Translations under genes and position numbers: made by a program
The notes under the pieces: model-generated
Databases searched by the model: none
What the model saw: only the letters and a program-made list of their open reading frames with translations
What the model was told of the DNA's origin: nothing
NCBI GenBank assembly: GCA_038064995.1
Contig: JBBTRW010000065.1
Coordinates: forward strand, 1,685-27,732
Reading direction: 5' to 3'
Source of the DNA: Patescibacteria group bacterium
GTDB taxonomy: Bacteria > Patescibacteriota > Saccharimonadia > Saccharimonadales > Saccharimonadaceae
Length of the DNA stretch: 26,048 nucleotides
Shown: piece by piece, positions 9,083-17,588 of the stretch
Numbering within the stretch: position 1 is the stretch's first letter
Layout of the letters: each line of letters opens with the position of its first letter

Positions 9083-10102
9083 TTGGCGAAAACAAAAGTA
9101 GCAATTAATGGTTTTGGCAGGATCGGGCGCAATGCTTTTAAAATTGCCTTTGACCGCACAGATATCGAAATCGTTGCTATAAATGACCTGACAGATAACA
9201 AGACTTTGGCGCATCTGTTAAAACATGACAGCTCGTATGGAACATATGAACACGAGGTTAGTTTTAATGACGACGGAATAACCGTTAACGGACAAAGCAT
9301 CAAAATTTTAGCCGAAAAAGAACCAAGCGCATTGCCATGGTCTGATCTTGGCGTTGATGTTGTGATCGAATGTACCGGATTTTTCGTAAAACCAGAGCTG
9401 GCGCGAGCTCATATTGACGGCGCAGGCGCCAAAAAAGTAATTATCTCGGCTCCTGCAAAGGGTGACGGAGCAGATACGATAGTGCTTGGTGTAAACGAGG
9501 ACAAAATCGCCACGTCAACTGATGTCGTGAGTAACGCTAGTTGTACAACCAACTGCATAACTCCTGTAATGGCCGTACTTGAAAACAACTTCGGTATAGA
9601 TAAGGCTATGATGACGACTGTGCATAGCTATACTGCCTCGCAAAAATTGCAAGATGCTCCAGCTAAAGATTTACGTGAAGCCAGGGCTGCAGCAGAAAAC
9701 ATCGTACCTACAACTACTGGCGCTAGTATCGCAGCTGGATTGGCTCTACCAGCTATCCAGGGCAAATTCGGCGGCATGAGTGTACGCGTACCAACTCCAG
9801 TGGTAAGCATGAGTGACTTTGTAGTACTTATAAAACGTGATACAACTGTAGATGAAATTAAAGAAGTCTTTCGTAGTGCTGCAAGGCAGCCATTTTATCA
9901 AGGCATATTAGCAGTAACAGAAGAAGAGCTTGTTTCAAGCGACTTTAAGGGAAATTCACACAGTGCAATTGTCGATCTCAACCTTACAAATGTCATAGGT
10001 GGCAACCTCATAAAAGTAGTTGCCTGGTATGACAATGAATGGGGCTACAGTAACAGATTGGTCGAGCTAACAGCCGACATCGGTCGAACGTTGCAGAGTT
10101 AA
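9083..10102 (+). CDS. gap: Type I glyceraldehyde-3-phosphate dehydrogenase
   Basis: INGFGRIGR, SNASCTTNC, WYDNEWGYS. TTG start with AGGAG SD. Confidence 0.97.
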   Translation: MAKTKVAINGFGRIGRNAFKIAFDRTDIEIVAINDLTDNKTLAHLLKHDSSYGTYEHEVSFNDDGITVNGQSIKILAEKEPSALPWSDLGVDVVIECTGFFVKPELARAHIDGAGAKKVIISAPAKGDGADTIVLGVNEDKIATSTDVVSNASCTTNCITPVMAVLENNFGIDKAMMTTVHSYTASQKLQDAPAKDLREARAAAENIVPTTTGASIAAGLALPAIQGKFGGMSVRVPTPVVSMSDFVVLIKRDTTVDEIKEVFRSAARQPFYQGILAVTEEELVSSDFKGNSHSAIVDLNLTNVIGGNLIKVVAWYDNEWGYSNRLVELTADIGRTLQS

Positions 10103-10131
10103 GCCAAAACGCTTATACTAAAAGGCAGATT

Positions 10132-10584
10132 ATGAAGATATATTTAGGCAGTGACCACAACGGCTTTCATCTTAAAGAAGATGTTTTTGCGTATTTAGCA
10201 AAGCATGGATACGATACTGAAGACGTTGGCGATGAAGTGCTAGATAAAGAAGACGACTTTCCGCAGTTTGCGGCTAAAGCTGCTATAAAAGTTATCGGCA
10301 GTGAAGACAAAGACCCGCGTGCAATATTGTTATGTGGCGGTGCGCAAGGTATGGGAATGGCTGCAAATAGATTCGACGGTATTCGTGCCAGTGTTGTCTG
10401 GGACGCAACCGAGGCCAAGATGACACGTAACGACAACGACAGCAATATCCTTTGCCTGCCTGCTAGAGCGCTAGACGATGACCCCGAGCAATGGAAAAAC
10501 ATAATTGATACGTGGCTAACGACACCTTTTGCAAATGCCGAGCGATACCGTCGACGTAATCATCAATTGGATAATTTGCGATGA
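10132..10584 (+). CDS. rpiB: Ribose-5-phosphate isomerase B
   Basis: GSDHNGFHLKE, ILLCGGAQGM, R..NDSNILCL, RYRRR motifs. Confidence 0.92.
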   Translation: MKIYLGSDHNGFHLKEDVFAYLAKHGYDTEDVGDEVLDKEDDFPQFAAKAAIKVIGSEDKDPRAILLCGGAQGMGMAANRFDGIRASVVWDATEAKMTRNDNDSNILCLPARALDDDPEQWKNIIDTWLTTPFANAERYRRRNHQLDNLR

Positions 10585-11255
10585 GTATAGTAGTTCCGGC
10601 GATCACCGAGCAAAACGTCGAGGATGTTAACGCCGAGTGGTTGAAAGTGCAGTCTTTTGCCAGCCGTGTGCACCTAGATTTAATGGACGGCCAATTTGCA
10701 CCTGGTACGCCGATTCCAATCAGCAGTTTGTCATGGTCGGAAGGTTGGGATGTTGATATGCACCTGATGTATCAACAGCCAATGGAGCAATTGGCAGCGC
10801 TGACTGCAATGAATCCAAAGCCAAGCCTGGTTGTTTTTCATGCCGAGGCCGAAGGTGATTTATCGGCGTTTGTCAAAGGCCTAAAAGACGCTGACATAAA
10901 AGCGGGGCTTGCGTTAATGCGATCTACTGTACCCAGCGACAAAGCCGACCTGATATCTGCTGTTGATCACGTATTGATATTCAGTGGTGATCTAGGCAAG
11001 CACGGTGGCAAGGCGAATATGCTGCAGCTAGAAAAAGTACAACTGATTCATAAGATTAATGAAGAAGTCGAGATAGGCTGGGACGGTGGCGCCAACGTCG
11101 ACAATGCCTATACATTAGCACTAGGTGGCATAGATGTAATTAATGTTGGTCATGCCCTTGCAGATGTACAGGATCCCGAGGAAGTATACCGAAAATTCGA
11201 TTTTGAAATACATCGCAAAGACATGCTAAAGAAAAAAGAAGAGAAAGAGGCATAG
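10581..11255 (+). CDS. rpe: Ribulose-phosphate 3-epimerase (divergent)
   Basis: HLDLMDGQF, DMHLM, VFHAE, GWDGG. ATGA-coupled to rpiB. Confidence 0.88.
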   Translation: MSIVVPAITEQNVEDVNAEWLKVQSFASRVHLDLMDGQFAPGTPIPISSLSWSEGWDVDMHLMYQQPMEQLAALTAMNPKPSLVVFHAEAEGDLSAFVKGLKDADIKAGLALMRSTVPSDKADLISAVDHVLIFSGDLGKHGGKANMLQLEKVQLIHKINEEVEIGWDGGANVDNAYTLALGGIDVINVGHALADVQDPEEVYRKFDFEIHRKDMLKKKEEKEA

Positions 11256-11262
11256 GTTGGTC

Positions 11263-12123
11263 ATGGGTGGTAAATTAACTACAAAACAGTTAGAAGAAAA
11301 GGCCGAAGTAATTCGCGAAGATATTATTACCATGCTTGAAGCCGCTGGCTCTGGCCATAGCGCTGGCCCATTGGGGCTTGCCGACATATTTGCGGCACTT
11401 TATTTCGATATTTTAAATATCGACCCCAGCAATCCTACATGGGAAGAGCGAGACATGCTGTTGCTGTCGAACGGACACTGTGTGCCAGTGCAATATGCTG
11501 CCATGGCCGAAGCTGGCTTTTTCGAGCGTGACGAGCTGCTGACTTTGCGCAAGCTAGGCTCTCGTTTGCAAGGTCATCCAGAACGCGAAAAATTGCCTGG
11601 GCTAGAAACAACCTCTGGTCCGTTGGGTTCCGGGCTTTCCCAGGCTGCCGGCATGGCATATGTCATTGAAAAAATAGACAAAATAAAGAACAGGTGGGTT
11701 TACGTCGTCATGGGCGACGGTGAGCTAGACGAAGGCAATATTTGGGAAGCCGCAATGTTTGCTGGCAAATACAAGCTACATAATCTAGTTGGTATTATCG
11801 ATCGCAACAACATTCAAATTGATGGTCCGACAGAATCTGTTATGCCGCTCGAAGATTTAAAAGGAAAATGGGAATCATTTGGCTGGCACGTACAAGAAAT
11901 TGATGGCAATAATATAGAGAGTATCATAGACGGGGTAGCAATGGCTCGGTCGGTTACGAACAGACCTAGTGTGATTATTGCGCATACTGTTCCAGGCAAA
12001 GGTGTTGATTTTATGGAGTATGACTATACTTGGCACGGTAAACCGCCGAATCACGAACAGGCCAAAAAGGCTTTGCAGAAACTACGCAGTCTAAATGGCA
12101 AAATTACAGGAGAACACGAATGA
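11263..12123 (+). CDS. tkt: Transketolase, N-terminal (TPP-binding) subunit
   Basis: GSGH, LLSNGH, RLQGHP, GPLGSGLS, GDGELDEG..WEA, KGV.FME...WHGK. Start is either TTG 11257 or ATG 11263. Confidence 0.93.
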   Translation: MGGKLTTKQLEEKAEVIREDIITMLEAAGSGHSAGPLGLADIFAALYFDILNIDPSNPTWEERDMLLLSNGHCVPVQYAAMAEAGFFERDELLTLRKLGSRLQGHPEREKLPGLETTSGPLGSGLSQAAGMAYVIEKIDKIKNRWVYVVMGDGELDEGNIWEAAMFAGKYKLHNLVGIIDRNNIQIDGPTESVMPLEDLKGKWESFGWHVQEIDGNNIESIIDGVAMARSVTNRPSVIIAHTVPGKGVDFMEYDYTWHGKPPNHEQAKKALQKLRSLNGKITGEHE

Positions 12124-13118
12124 GCAGCTATGCAATTAATCCCAAAATATACGACCAAGATGTCGAGCAAGAGCCAATCCGTACTGGGTTCGGACGTGGT
12201 TTAAAGGCTGCGGGTGAGCAAGACGAACGGGTCGTCGCCTTGTGTGCTGATTTGACGGACAGTACTCAGATGAATCATTTTCGTGACGCTTTTCCGGAAA
12301 GATTCATTGAAATAGGCGTAGCCGAACAAAATCTAGTAACTGTTGCCAGTGGCATGGCTGCAATGGGCAAAATTCCGTTCACCAGCAGCTACGCTGCCTT
12401 TAGCCCGGGTCGCAACTGGGAGCAAATTCGAACTACGATCTGTCTAAATAACCAGCCAGTCCGAGTCGTTGGTTCGCACGCTGGTGTCAGCGTAGGCCCA
12501 GACGGCGCCACGCACCAAATGCTCGAAGACATTGCATTGATGCGCGTTTTACCAAACATGGTTGTTGTAGCACCTGGCGATTCTATAGAAGCCGAAAAAG
12601 CCACCATTGCCTTAGCGGGCGATAGCCGACCGGCATATTTACGCTTGGCGCGCGAGAAAACACCGATATTTAGCACTAACGAATCACCATTTGAAATTGG
12701 CAAAGCCTATGTTTTACGCGATGGCCGCGACATTACATTAATGGGAACGGGCACCATGACATATCAGTTGTTGCAAGCAGCCAATGTGCTGTCTCAAGAA
12801 GGTATAGAGGCCGAGGTGCTGCATGTTCCAACCATCAAACCCCTGGATGAGGCGGCAATTTTAACATCCCTACGAAAAACAGGCAGGGCCTTAACTGCAG
12901 AGGAAGCTCAGAAATCAGGAGGATTTGGCAGTGCTGTCGCAGAGCTTTTGAGTGCGAAGCTACCAATGCCGCTGAAGCGTGTGGGTGTAAAAGACAGATT
13001 TGGCGAAAGTGGTGACCCAGCCGAGCTACTAAGAAAGTTCGAGCTCACTAGCGATAATATAGTCTACAAAGCCCGCACGTTTGTGCATTCAATACCACAG
13101 TACAAACAAGGCTTCTAA
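12120..13118 (+). CDS. tkt: Transketolase, C-terminal subunit
   Basis: IGVAEQNL, GPDGATHQ, YLRL, TIKPLD, FGESG. ATGA-coupled to the N-terminal half. Confidence 0.93.
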   Translation: MSSYAINPKIYDQDVEQEPIRTGFGRGLKAAGEQDERVVALCADLTDSTQMNHFRDAFPERFIEIGVAEQNLVTVASGMAAMGKIPFTSSYAAFSPGRNWEQIRTTICLNNQPVRVVGSHAGVSVGPDGATHQMLEDIALMRVLPNMVVVAPGDSIEAEKATIALAGDSRPAYLRLAREKTPIFSTNESPFEIGKAYVLRDGRDITLMGTGTMTYQLLQAANVLSQEGIEAEVLHVPTIKPLDEAAILTSLRKTGRALTAEEAQKSGGFGSAVAELLSAKLPMPLKRVGVKDRFGESGDPAELLRKFELTSDNIVYKARTFVHSIPQYKQGF

Positions 13119-13227
13119 AAATCACAAAAGCAGATATCTCACATTAAAACTGTTAAGGGTTGAACCTTTAAAAATTTTTTTAGCGAATTGTGGTATTTTT
13201 TATTAGTAGTTAAAGCATAAACATAAA

Positions 13228-13236
13228 TGGTATAAT
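13228..13236 (+). promoter_or_regulatory. Extended -10 promoter upstream of fba
   Basis: TGGTATAAT in an AT-rich 150-bp intergenic region. Confidence 0.6.
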
Positions 13237-13269
13237 AAATGTAAATAACGAACTATTAATGGGGGGCGT

Positions 13270-14181
13270 ATGTCACTAAGTATTAAAGAAATTAGAGACA
13301 ACTGTATTCGTGCTAGGCATTTGATGCAGCGTTCGCGCCAGCAAAAATTTGCAGTTGGTGCGTTTAATGTTGATAACCAAGAAACCTTGATCGCTGTTGC
13401 ACGTGCTGCGCAAAAGCTCAATGCGCCTCTAATGGTTGAGTTAAGTGATGGTGAAGTAAAGGCGCTCGGTTTAGACAATGTCCGTGATATGGTCGACAAT
13501 TATCGAGCTGAATTTGGGATCGAGATGTATATCAACCTCGACCACGCCCCGACCGTTGAGGCTGCAAAAAGGGGTATTGATGCTGGGTTCGAGTTTATTC
13601 ACATAGATATATCGCAAGCTAATCACAGTGCGACTGATCAAGAAATTATAGATGCAACCAAAGAGGTGGTCGAGTATGCCAAGTTTACGGGCGCTTTGGT
13701 TGAAAGCGAGCCGCACTATTTTGGCGGTAGCTCGAACGTACACGAGGAAGAAATTGACTATGAAGAAATTAAGAAAACCTTTTCAACTCCCGAAGGCACG
13801 AAGTCTTTCGTTGAGGCGACCGGTATAGATACATATGCCGCAGCTATTGGCAACCTGCATGGTAAATATCCTGTGCCAAAAGTACTTGATCTAGATTTAT
13901 TGCAAAGTATCCGAGACAGTATTGATTGTCAGATATCTCTTCATGGAGGCTCAGGCACGCCTCTTAACTTCTTTGAACGTGCGGCGCAAATAGGGGTAAG
14001 CAAAGTCAACATCAATAGTGATATGCGTTATGCGTATCGTAAAGCCGTTGAAAAAGTGCTGCAAGAGCATCCAGAAGAATTTGCCCTGGTGAAACTAATG
14101 GACGAAGTGAAGGACGCAGTGCAGGTCGTCGTAGAAGAAAAAATAAAAGCATTTGGCAGTGAAGGAAATGCTGTTGTCTAA
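13270..14181 (+). CDS. fba: Class II fructose-bisphosphate aldolase
   Basis: AVGAFN, NLDHA, IDIS, AIGNLHG, SLHGGSG, SKVNINSD. Confidence 0.92.
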   Translation: MSLSIKEIRDNCIRARHLMQRSRQQKFAVGAFNVDNQETLIAVARAAQKLNAPLMVELSDGEVKALGLDNVRDMVDNYRAEFGIEMYINLDHAPTVEAAKRGIDAGFEFIHIDISQANHSATDQEIIDATKEVVEYAKFTGALVESEPHYFGGSSNVHEEEIDYEEIKKTFSTPEGTKSFVEATGIDTYAAAIGNLHGKYPVPKVLDLDLLQSIRDSIDCQISLHGGSGTPLNFFERAAQIGVSKVNINSDMRYAYRKAVEKVLQEHPEEFALVKLMDEVKDAVQVVVEEKIKAFGSEGNAVV

Positions 14182-15142
14182 GCTTCCGACAATTCTAACA
14201 ATTGGCAAGGCGACCCAGGACGTCTTTTTGAAAAGCTCGAAGAACTTTATTGCTCACGAACACAAAGGTGTTCAATACGAGCAGCTTCCACTAGGTAAAA
14301 AACTTGACCTAGACGAAGTTATTTTTGCCACAGGCGGTAACGTTACCAACGCCGCAGTTACCTTTGCTAGGCAGGGCCTGAATAGCCGGTACATTTGGGC
14401 GCTTGGCAAAGAAGTCGCTTCGGAAGCTATTTTAAATGACCTAGACAAAGAAGGTGTTGAAACGGGTGGGGTAGTTCAGGACGACAAATACCGTGCCAGC
14501 TATTCTACGATACTACTGGCCAACAACGGCGAGCGTACAATTTTGAATTTTCGTGGAACAAAATTGGCCAGCGATGGTCATCCACTAAATCTTGATGCAA
14601 TTGAACAGGCTGACTGGGTGTACTTGGCGGCGCTAGGCGACATGAAGCTATTAGAAAAAATTATCAGTACTGCCGTTAGGCACGACACAAAAGTCATGCT
14701 AAATCCTGCCGGTGCCGAATTAAAGGAAAAAAGTAAACTAAAAGCCCTGCTGGATGATGTTGAAGTCTTGTCTGTGAATAAAGAAGAAGCTCAACAGATT
14801 GTCAGCGGTCAAACCCTAGAAGAATTGGTTCGTCATGGCTCGCATTATTGCCCAGTAGTTATAGTCTCGGATGGTCCAAAGGGCGTGGCGGCGACAGATG
14901 GCAAAGAAATTGTTAGGGCTGGCATGTACGAAGACGTGCCGGTAATCGATAGGACTGGTGCGGGTGACGCTTTTGGTTCTGGTTTTTTAAGTCAATGGTC
15001 ACAAGGCAAGAGCTTGGCTGATTCAATTATTTTTGCAAGCGCCAATTCTACCTCTGTTGTGACAAAAATTGGCGCCAAAGAAGGTATTTTACATAAAGGG
15101 GTAAAACTGCACCATATGCCAATAGATACTAAACCCTTTTGA
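14168..15142 (+). CDS. PfkB/ribokinase-family carbohydrate kinase
   Basis: GGNVTNAA at the N-terminus, DRTGAGDAFGSG anion-hole motif. Start is uncertain (14153, 14168 or 14174) and overlaps the fba end. Confidence 0.9.
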   Translation: MLLSKLPTILTIGKATQDVFLKSSKNFIAHEHKGVQYEQLPLGKKLDLDEVIFATGGNVTNAAVTFARQGLNSRYIWALGKEVASEAILNDLDKEGVETGGVVQDDKYRASYSTILLANNGERTILNFRGTKLASDGHPLNLDAIEQADWVYLAALGDMKLLEKIISTAVRHDTKVMLNPAGAELKEKSKLKALLDDVEVLSVNKEEAQQIVSGQTLEELVRHGSHYCPVVIVSDGPKGVAATDGKEIVRAGMYEDVPVIDRTGAGDAFGSGFLSQWSQGKSLADSIIFASANSTSVVTKIGAKEGILHKGVKLHHMPIDTKPF

Positions 15143-15144
15143 TC

Positions 15145-15153
15145 TGGTATAAT
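15145..15153 (+). promoter_or_regulatory. Extended -10 promoter upstream of the 413-aa gene
   Basis: TGGTATAAT immediately after the pfkB stop. Confidence 0.55.
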
Positions 15154-15185
15154 CTTAAGCATAAACATGGTGGAGAAATAGAAAA

Positions 15186-16427
15186 ATGTCAAAACTTTTA
15201 CGGGACCTGCTAGATGCCGAAGAACCATTATTCAGTCTAAGCTTGCGCGACCTAGAAAAAGCTAGCGGACAAGGCGGTGTTGACGCAAGATTAATTGCTG
15301 ATATCACCCGTGAAACACACGAGGGAATGCGGCAGTTAGGGCTAGATCACAAAAATACTACTGGTCGTGAATTTTACCAGGCTTTACTGGCTCGTATGGC
15401 TAAAGATAACGAACGCGTCACACGCCTAGTCGGTGGCCAAGATTCTGCAGACGTTCGACATATGGTGCCCTACCTAGTAGCAGCGGCAAACAAGGTAAAA
15501 TTTAACCGCAAGGTCTTCGTGTTAAAACACGACAAGGCAAAAGATCTACTAAGACAAATGCCACCAGAAAAGTTAATAAAGTGCTTGGGCTACGACAATA
15601 TCGACAGCATGTTAGCGAGCGAAAACTTTTCGGAAATTTATACCGCCCTCCGGTTTTCTGAAGGTCCCGAATGGCTGAACCAATATAACGAGCTATTCAA
15701 GGCCGTGACTGCTGAAGATTACGAAGAGCGGGATATTGAAATAGTAGTCATGGATCACGACAAATATGTTGATCTAGCCGAGCACTTTGTCGAGAAAAAG
15801 CTTCACAATGTTACCCACACAAAAGAGCTGGGTGTTATTGTTGTGGTTCCTATGAAAGCCGAGCGCGTGAAGGGCTTGACGCTTAAAACTCTGCCGCTTT
15901 TGTTCCATTATTTAAATGAGGTAAAGCTATACTCAACGTTCTTTAAGCTAAAGTCTAAAACGGCTGATCATTTTGGTCAGACGGTTATGGAAACACTAAT
16001 CGCCGACCCGTCCAAAGCTGCGCAAATGGCAGGTCAACATGTGCATTGGCGTGTTGTGCAGCGCTATTTTGGCAAACTGAAAGACGAATCTCATTTGGAG
16101 GCGTTTGAGCCACACGTCCAACCAGAAGATTTACACTGGCGACGAGCCGAGAGTCTGCTATATGAATTAGATTCGGGTATGGAATTTTACAAAGACCGTG
16201 ATTGGGTCGGCATGGACTTTGACGGCGCACCAGTAACTCTGAACTTTGTCGACATCGCGCTGGGTTATTCTAACGATATTGCTTACGAAGCCAGTTATGT
16301 CTATCATTTCCGTGAAAGCCTGTGGAACGAGCTGTTTGCTCGCTATATGGGTATGCCAAATCTCGAACATCAGATTTTGCGCCAGCTCGATAACGATATG
16401 ATTGCACCGGAGAAACTAAAAGTATGA
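15186..16427 (+). CDS. Hypothetical soluble protein, 413 aa
   Basis: Long ORF with host-like composition, ATGA-coupled to the next gene. His/Glu-rich segments (HNVTHTKE, FHYLNE, HVHWR, EDLHW). No family recognised. Confidence 0.85.
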   Translation: MSKLLRDLLDAEEPLFSLSLRDLEKASGQGGVDARLIADITRETHEGMRQLGLDHKNTTGREFYQALLARMAKDNERVTRLVGGQDSADVRHMVPYLVAAANKVKFNRKVFVLKHDKAKDLLRQMPPEKLIKCLGYDNIDSMLASENFSEIYTALRFSEGPEWLNQYNELFKAVTAEDYEERDIEIVVMDHDKYVDLAEHFVEKKLHNVTHTKELGVIVVVPMKAERVKGLTLKTLPLLFHYLNEVKLYSTFFKLKSKTADHFGQTVMETLIADPSKAAQMAGQHVHWRVVQRYFGKLKDESHLEAFEPHVQPEDLHWRRAESLLYELDSGMEFYKDRDWVGMDFDGAPVTLNFVDIALGYSNDIAYEASYVYHFRESLWNELFARYMGMPNLEHQILRQLDNDMIAPEKLKV

Positions 16428-17026
16428 GTAAATATCAGATTTGTGTCAGTGGTTCTGCGGCGGGCGAAACCGTTAATTCTTCGCAGCATTTGGCGTATCA
16501 GCTAGGCGCGGCAATCGCCAAAAAAGGGCACACCCTAACAACTGGCGCGACGATTGGATTGCCACAGTACGCTGCACGTGGCGCTAAAGATCACGGAGGT
16601 CTATCGATTGGCTTTAGTCCAGCCGCCAGCATACGCGAACACCTAAAGTCGTATCGCTTGCCAGTAGAAGAATTCGACTATGTGAATTTTACTAATATGG
16701 ATTATGTTGGCCGTGATGTTTATTTGGTGCGTAGCTCCGATGCCGTAATAACCGTGGGCGGGCGTATGGGCAGTCTGCATGAATTTTCTACTGCCATTGA
16801 AAGCCATAAAATATGCGCGGTCCTGCTGGGCAGTGGTGGTTTGGCGGATTTTTTACCTGCGCTGGTTGAAAAAATACCAACGCCAAACAGCAAAGATATC
16901 ATTTACGACACCGACCCCGAGCGTTTAGTAGCTAGGGTTATAAAAGAATTAGACGAAAAGTATGCTGACTTTAAAGATATGATTAAAAATTTAGAAGAAA
17001 GACCAAAGAAAAGCTCCGATGGTTAA
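16424..17026 (+). CDS. LOG/SLOG-family nucleotide-binding protein (TIGR00725-like)
   Basis: ICVSGS, TTGATIGLP..AARGA...GG.SIGFSP, R...LVRSSDAVITVGGRMGSLHE. Confidence 0.82.
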   Translation: MSKYQICVSGSAAGETVNSSQHLAYQLGAAIAKKGHTLTTGATIGLPQYAARGAKDHGGLSIGFSPAASIREHLKSYRLPVEEFDYVNFTNMDYVGRDVYLVRSSDAVITVGGRMGSLHEFSTAIESHKICAVLLGSGGLADFLPALVEKIPTPNSKDIIYDTDPERLVARVIKELDEKYADFKDMIKNLEERPKKSSDG

Positions 17027-17086
17027 TCCTAAAAGCTTATGTTAAAATTTATACATCAAATATAAGCACAGAGAAAGGGGCTTAAT

Positions 17087-17560
17087 ATGAACAGGCAGCG
17101 CGGCTTTGGAGCAGTTGAAATTGTTTTAGTTGTAGTTTTTGTTAGTTTAATTGGATTTCTAGGATGGCGTCTATGGGAAGCGCAACAAGATATTGATAGT
17201 CTAAAGAAGCAAAGCCAAAGCAAGGCTGAATCTACAAAAGAATCTGAAAATGAAAATTCTTCCAAATCAGATGAGCAGCTAGTGGCTGAGGTAGTTTGTG
17301 GGGGCACAAGTCAAAAAGCCATAGACTATGCAGTGCAAAACGTCAATATATATAGTGAAATATTTGCCACGTACGGCGGGGGTTGCTATGAACCAGACGA
17401 AGAAGATGCCATTGGGGGAGGAATCGCCTTTCTAAAAAAGAAAGATGGGTCATGGGTTGAGATAACTAGCGGTAATGGTGATTTAGAATGTGAGAAATTA
17501 CAGGCCGAGGAATTCCCTAGCGAGTTAATTTCTAAATGCCAAGGACCGAGTTTCGAGTAG
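17087..17560 (+). CDS. Type IV pilin-like protein (class III signal peptide)
   Basis: MNRQRG|[21 protein letters not shown] has a basic leader, G|F cleavage site and E5, then a TM helix. S/E/K-rich linker and a C-terminal domain with 4 Cys. Confidence 0.75.
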   Translation: MNRQRGFGAVEIVLVVVFVSLIGFLGWRLWEAQQDIDSLKKQSQSKAESTKESENENSSKSDEQLVAEVVCGGTSQKAIDYAVQNVNIYSEIFATYGGGCYEPDEEDAIGGGIAFLKKKDGSWVEITSGNGDLECEKLQAEEFPSELISKCQGPSFE

Positions 17561-17573
17561 AAGTATTGCAAGT

Positions 17574-17582
17574 TGTTACAAT
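17574..17582 (+). promoter_or_regulatory. Extended -10 for uvrB, 6 nt before the GTG start
   Basis: TGtTACAAT-agtata-GTG. Confidence 0.5.
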
Positions 17583-17588
17583 AGTATA

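Noticed and set aside
15167-15181. Mini uORF MVEK* ahead of the 413-aa gene
   Set aside because: Four codons with no independent support. Its GGAG more simply serves as the SD for ATG 15186.
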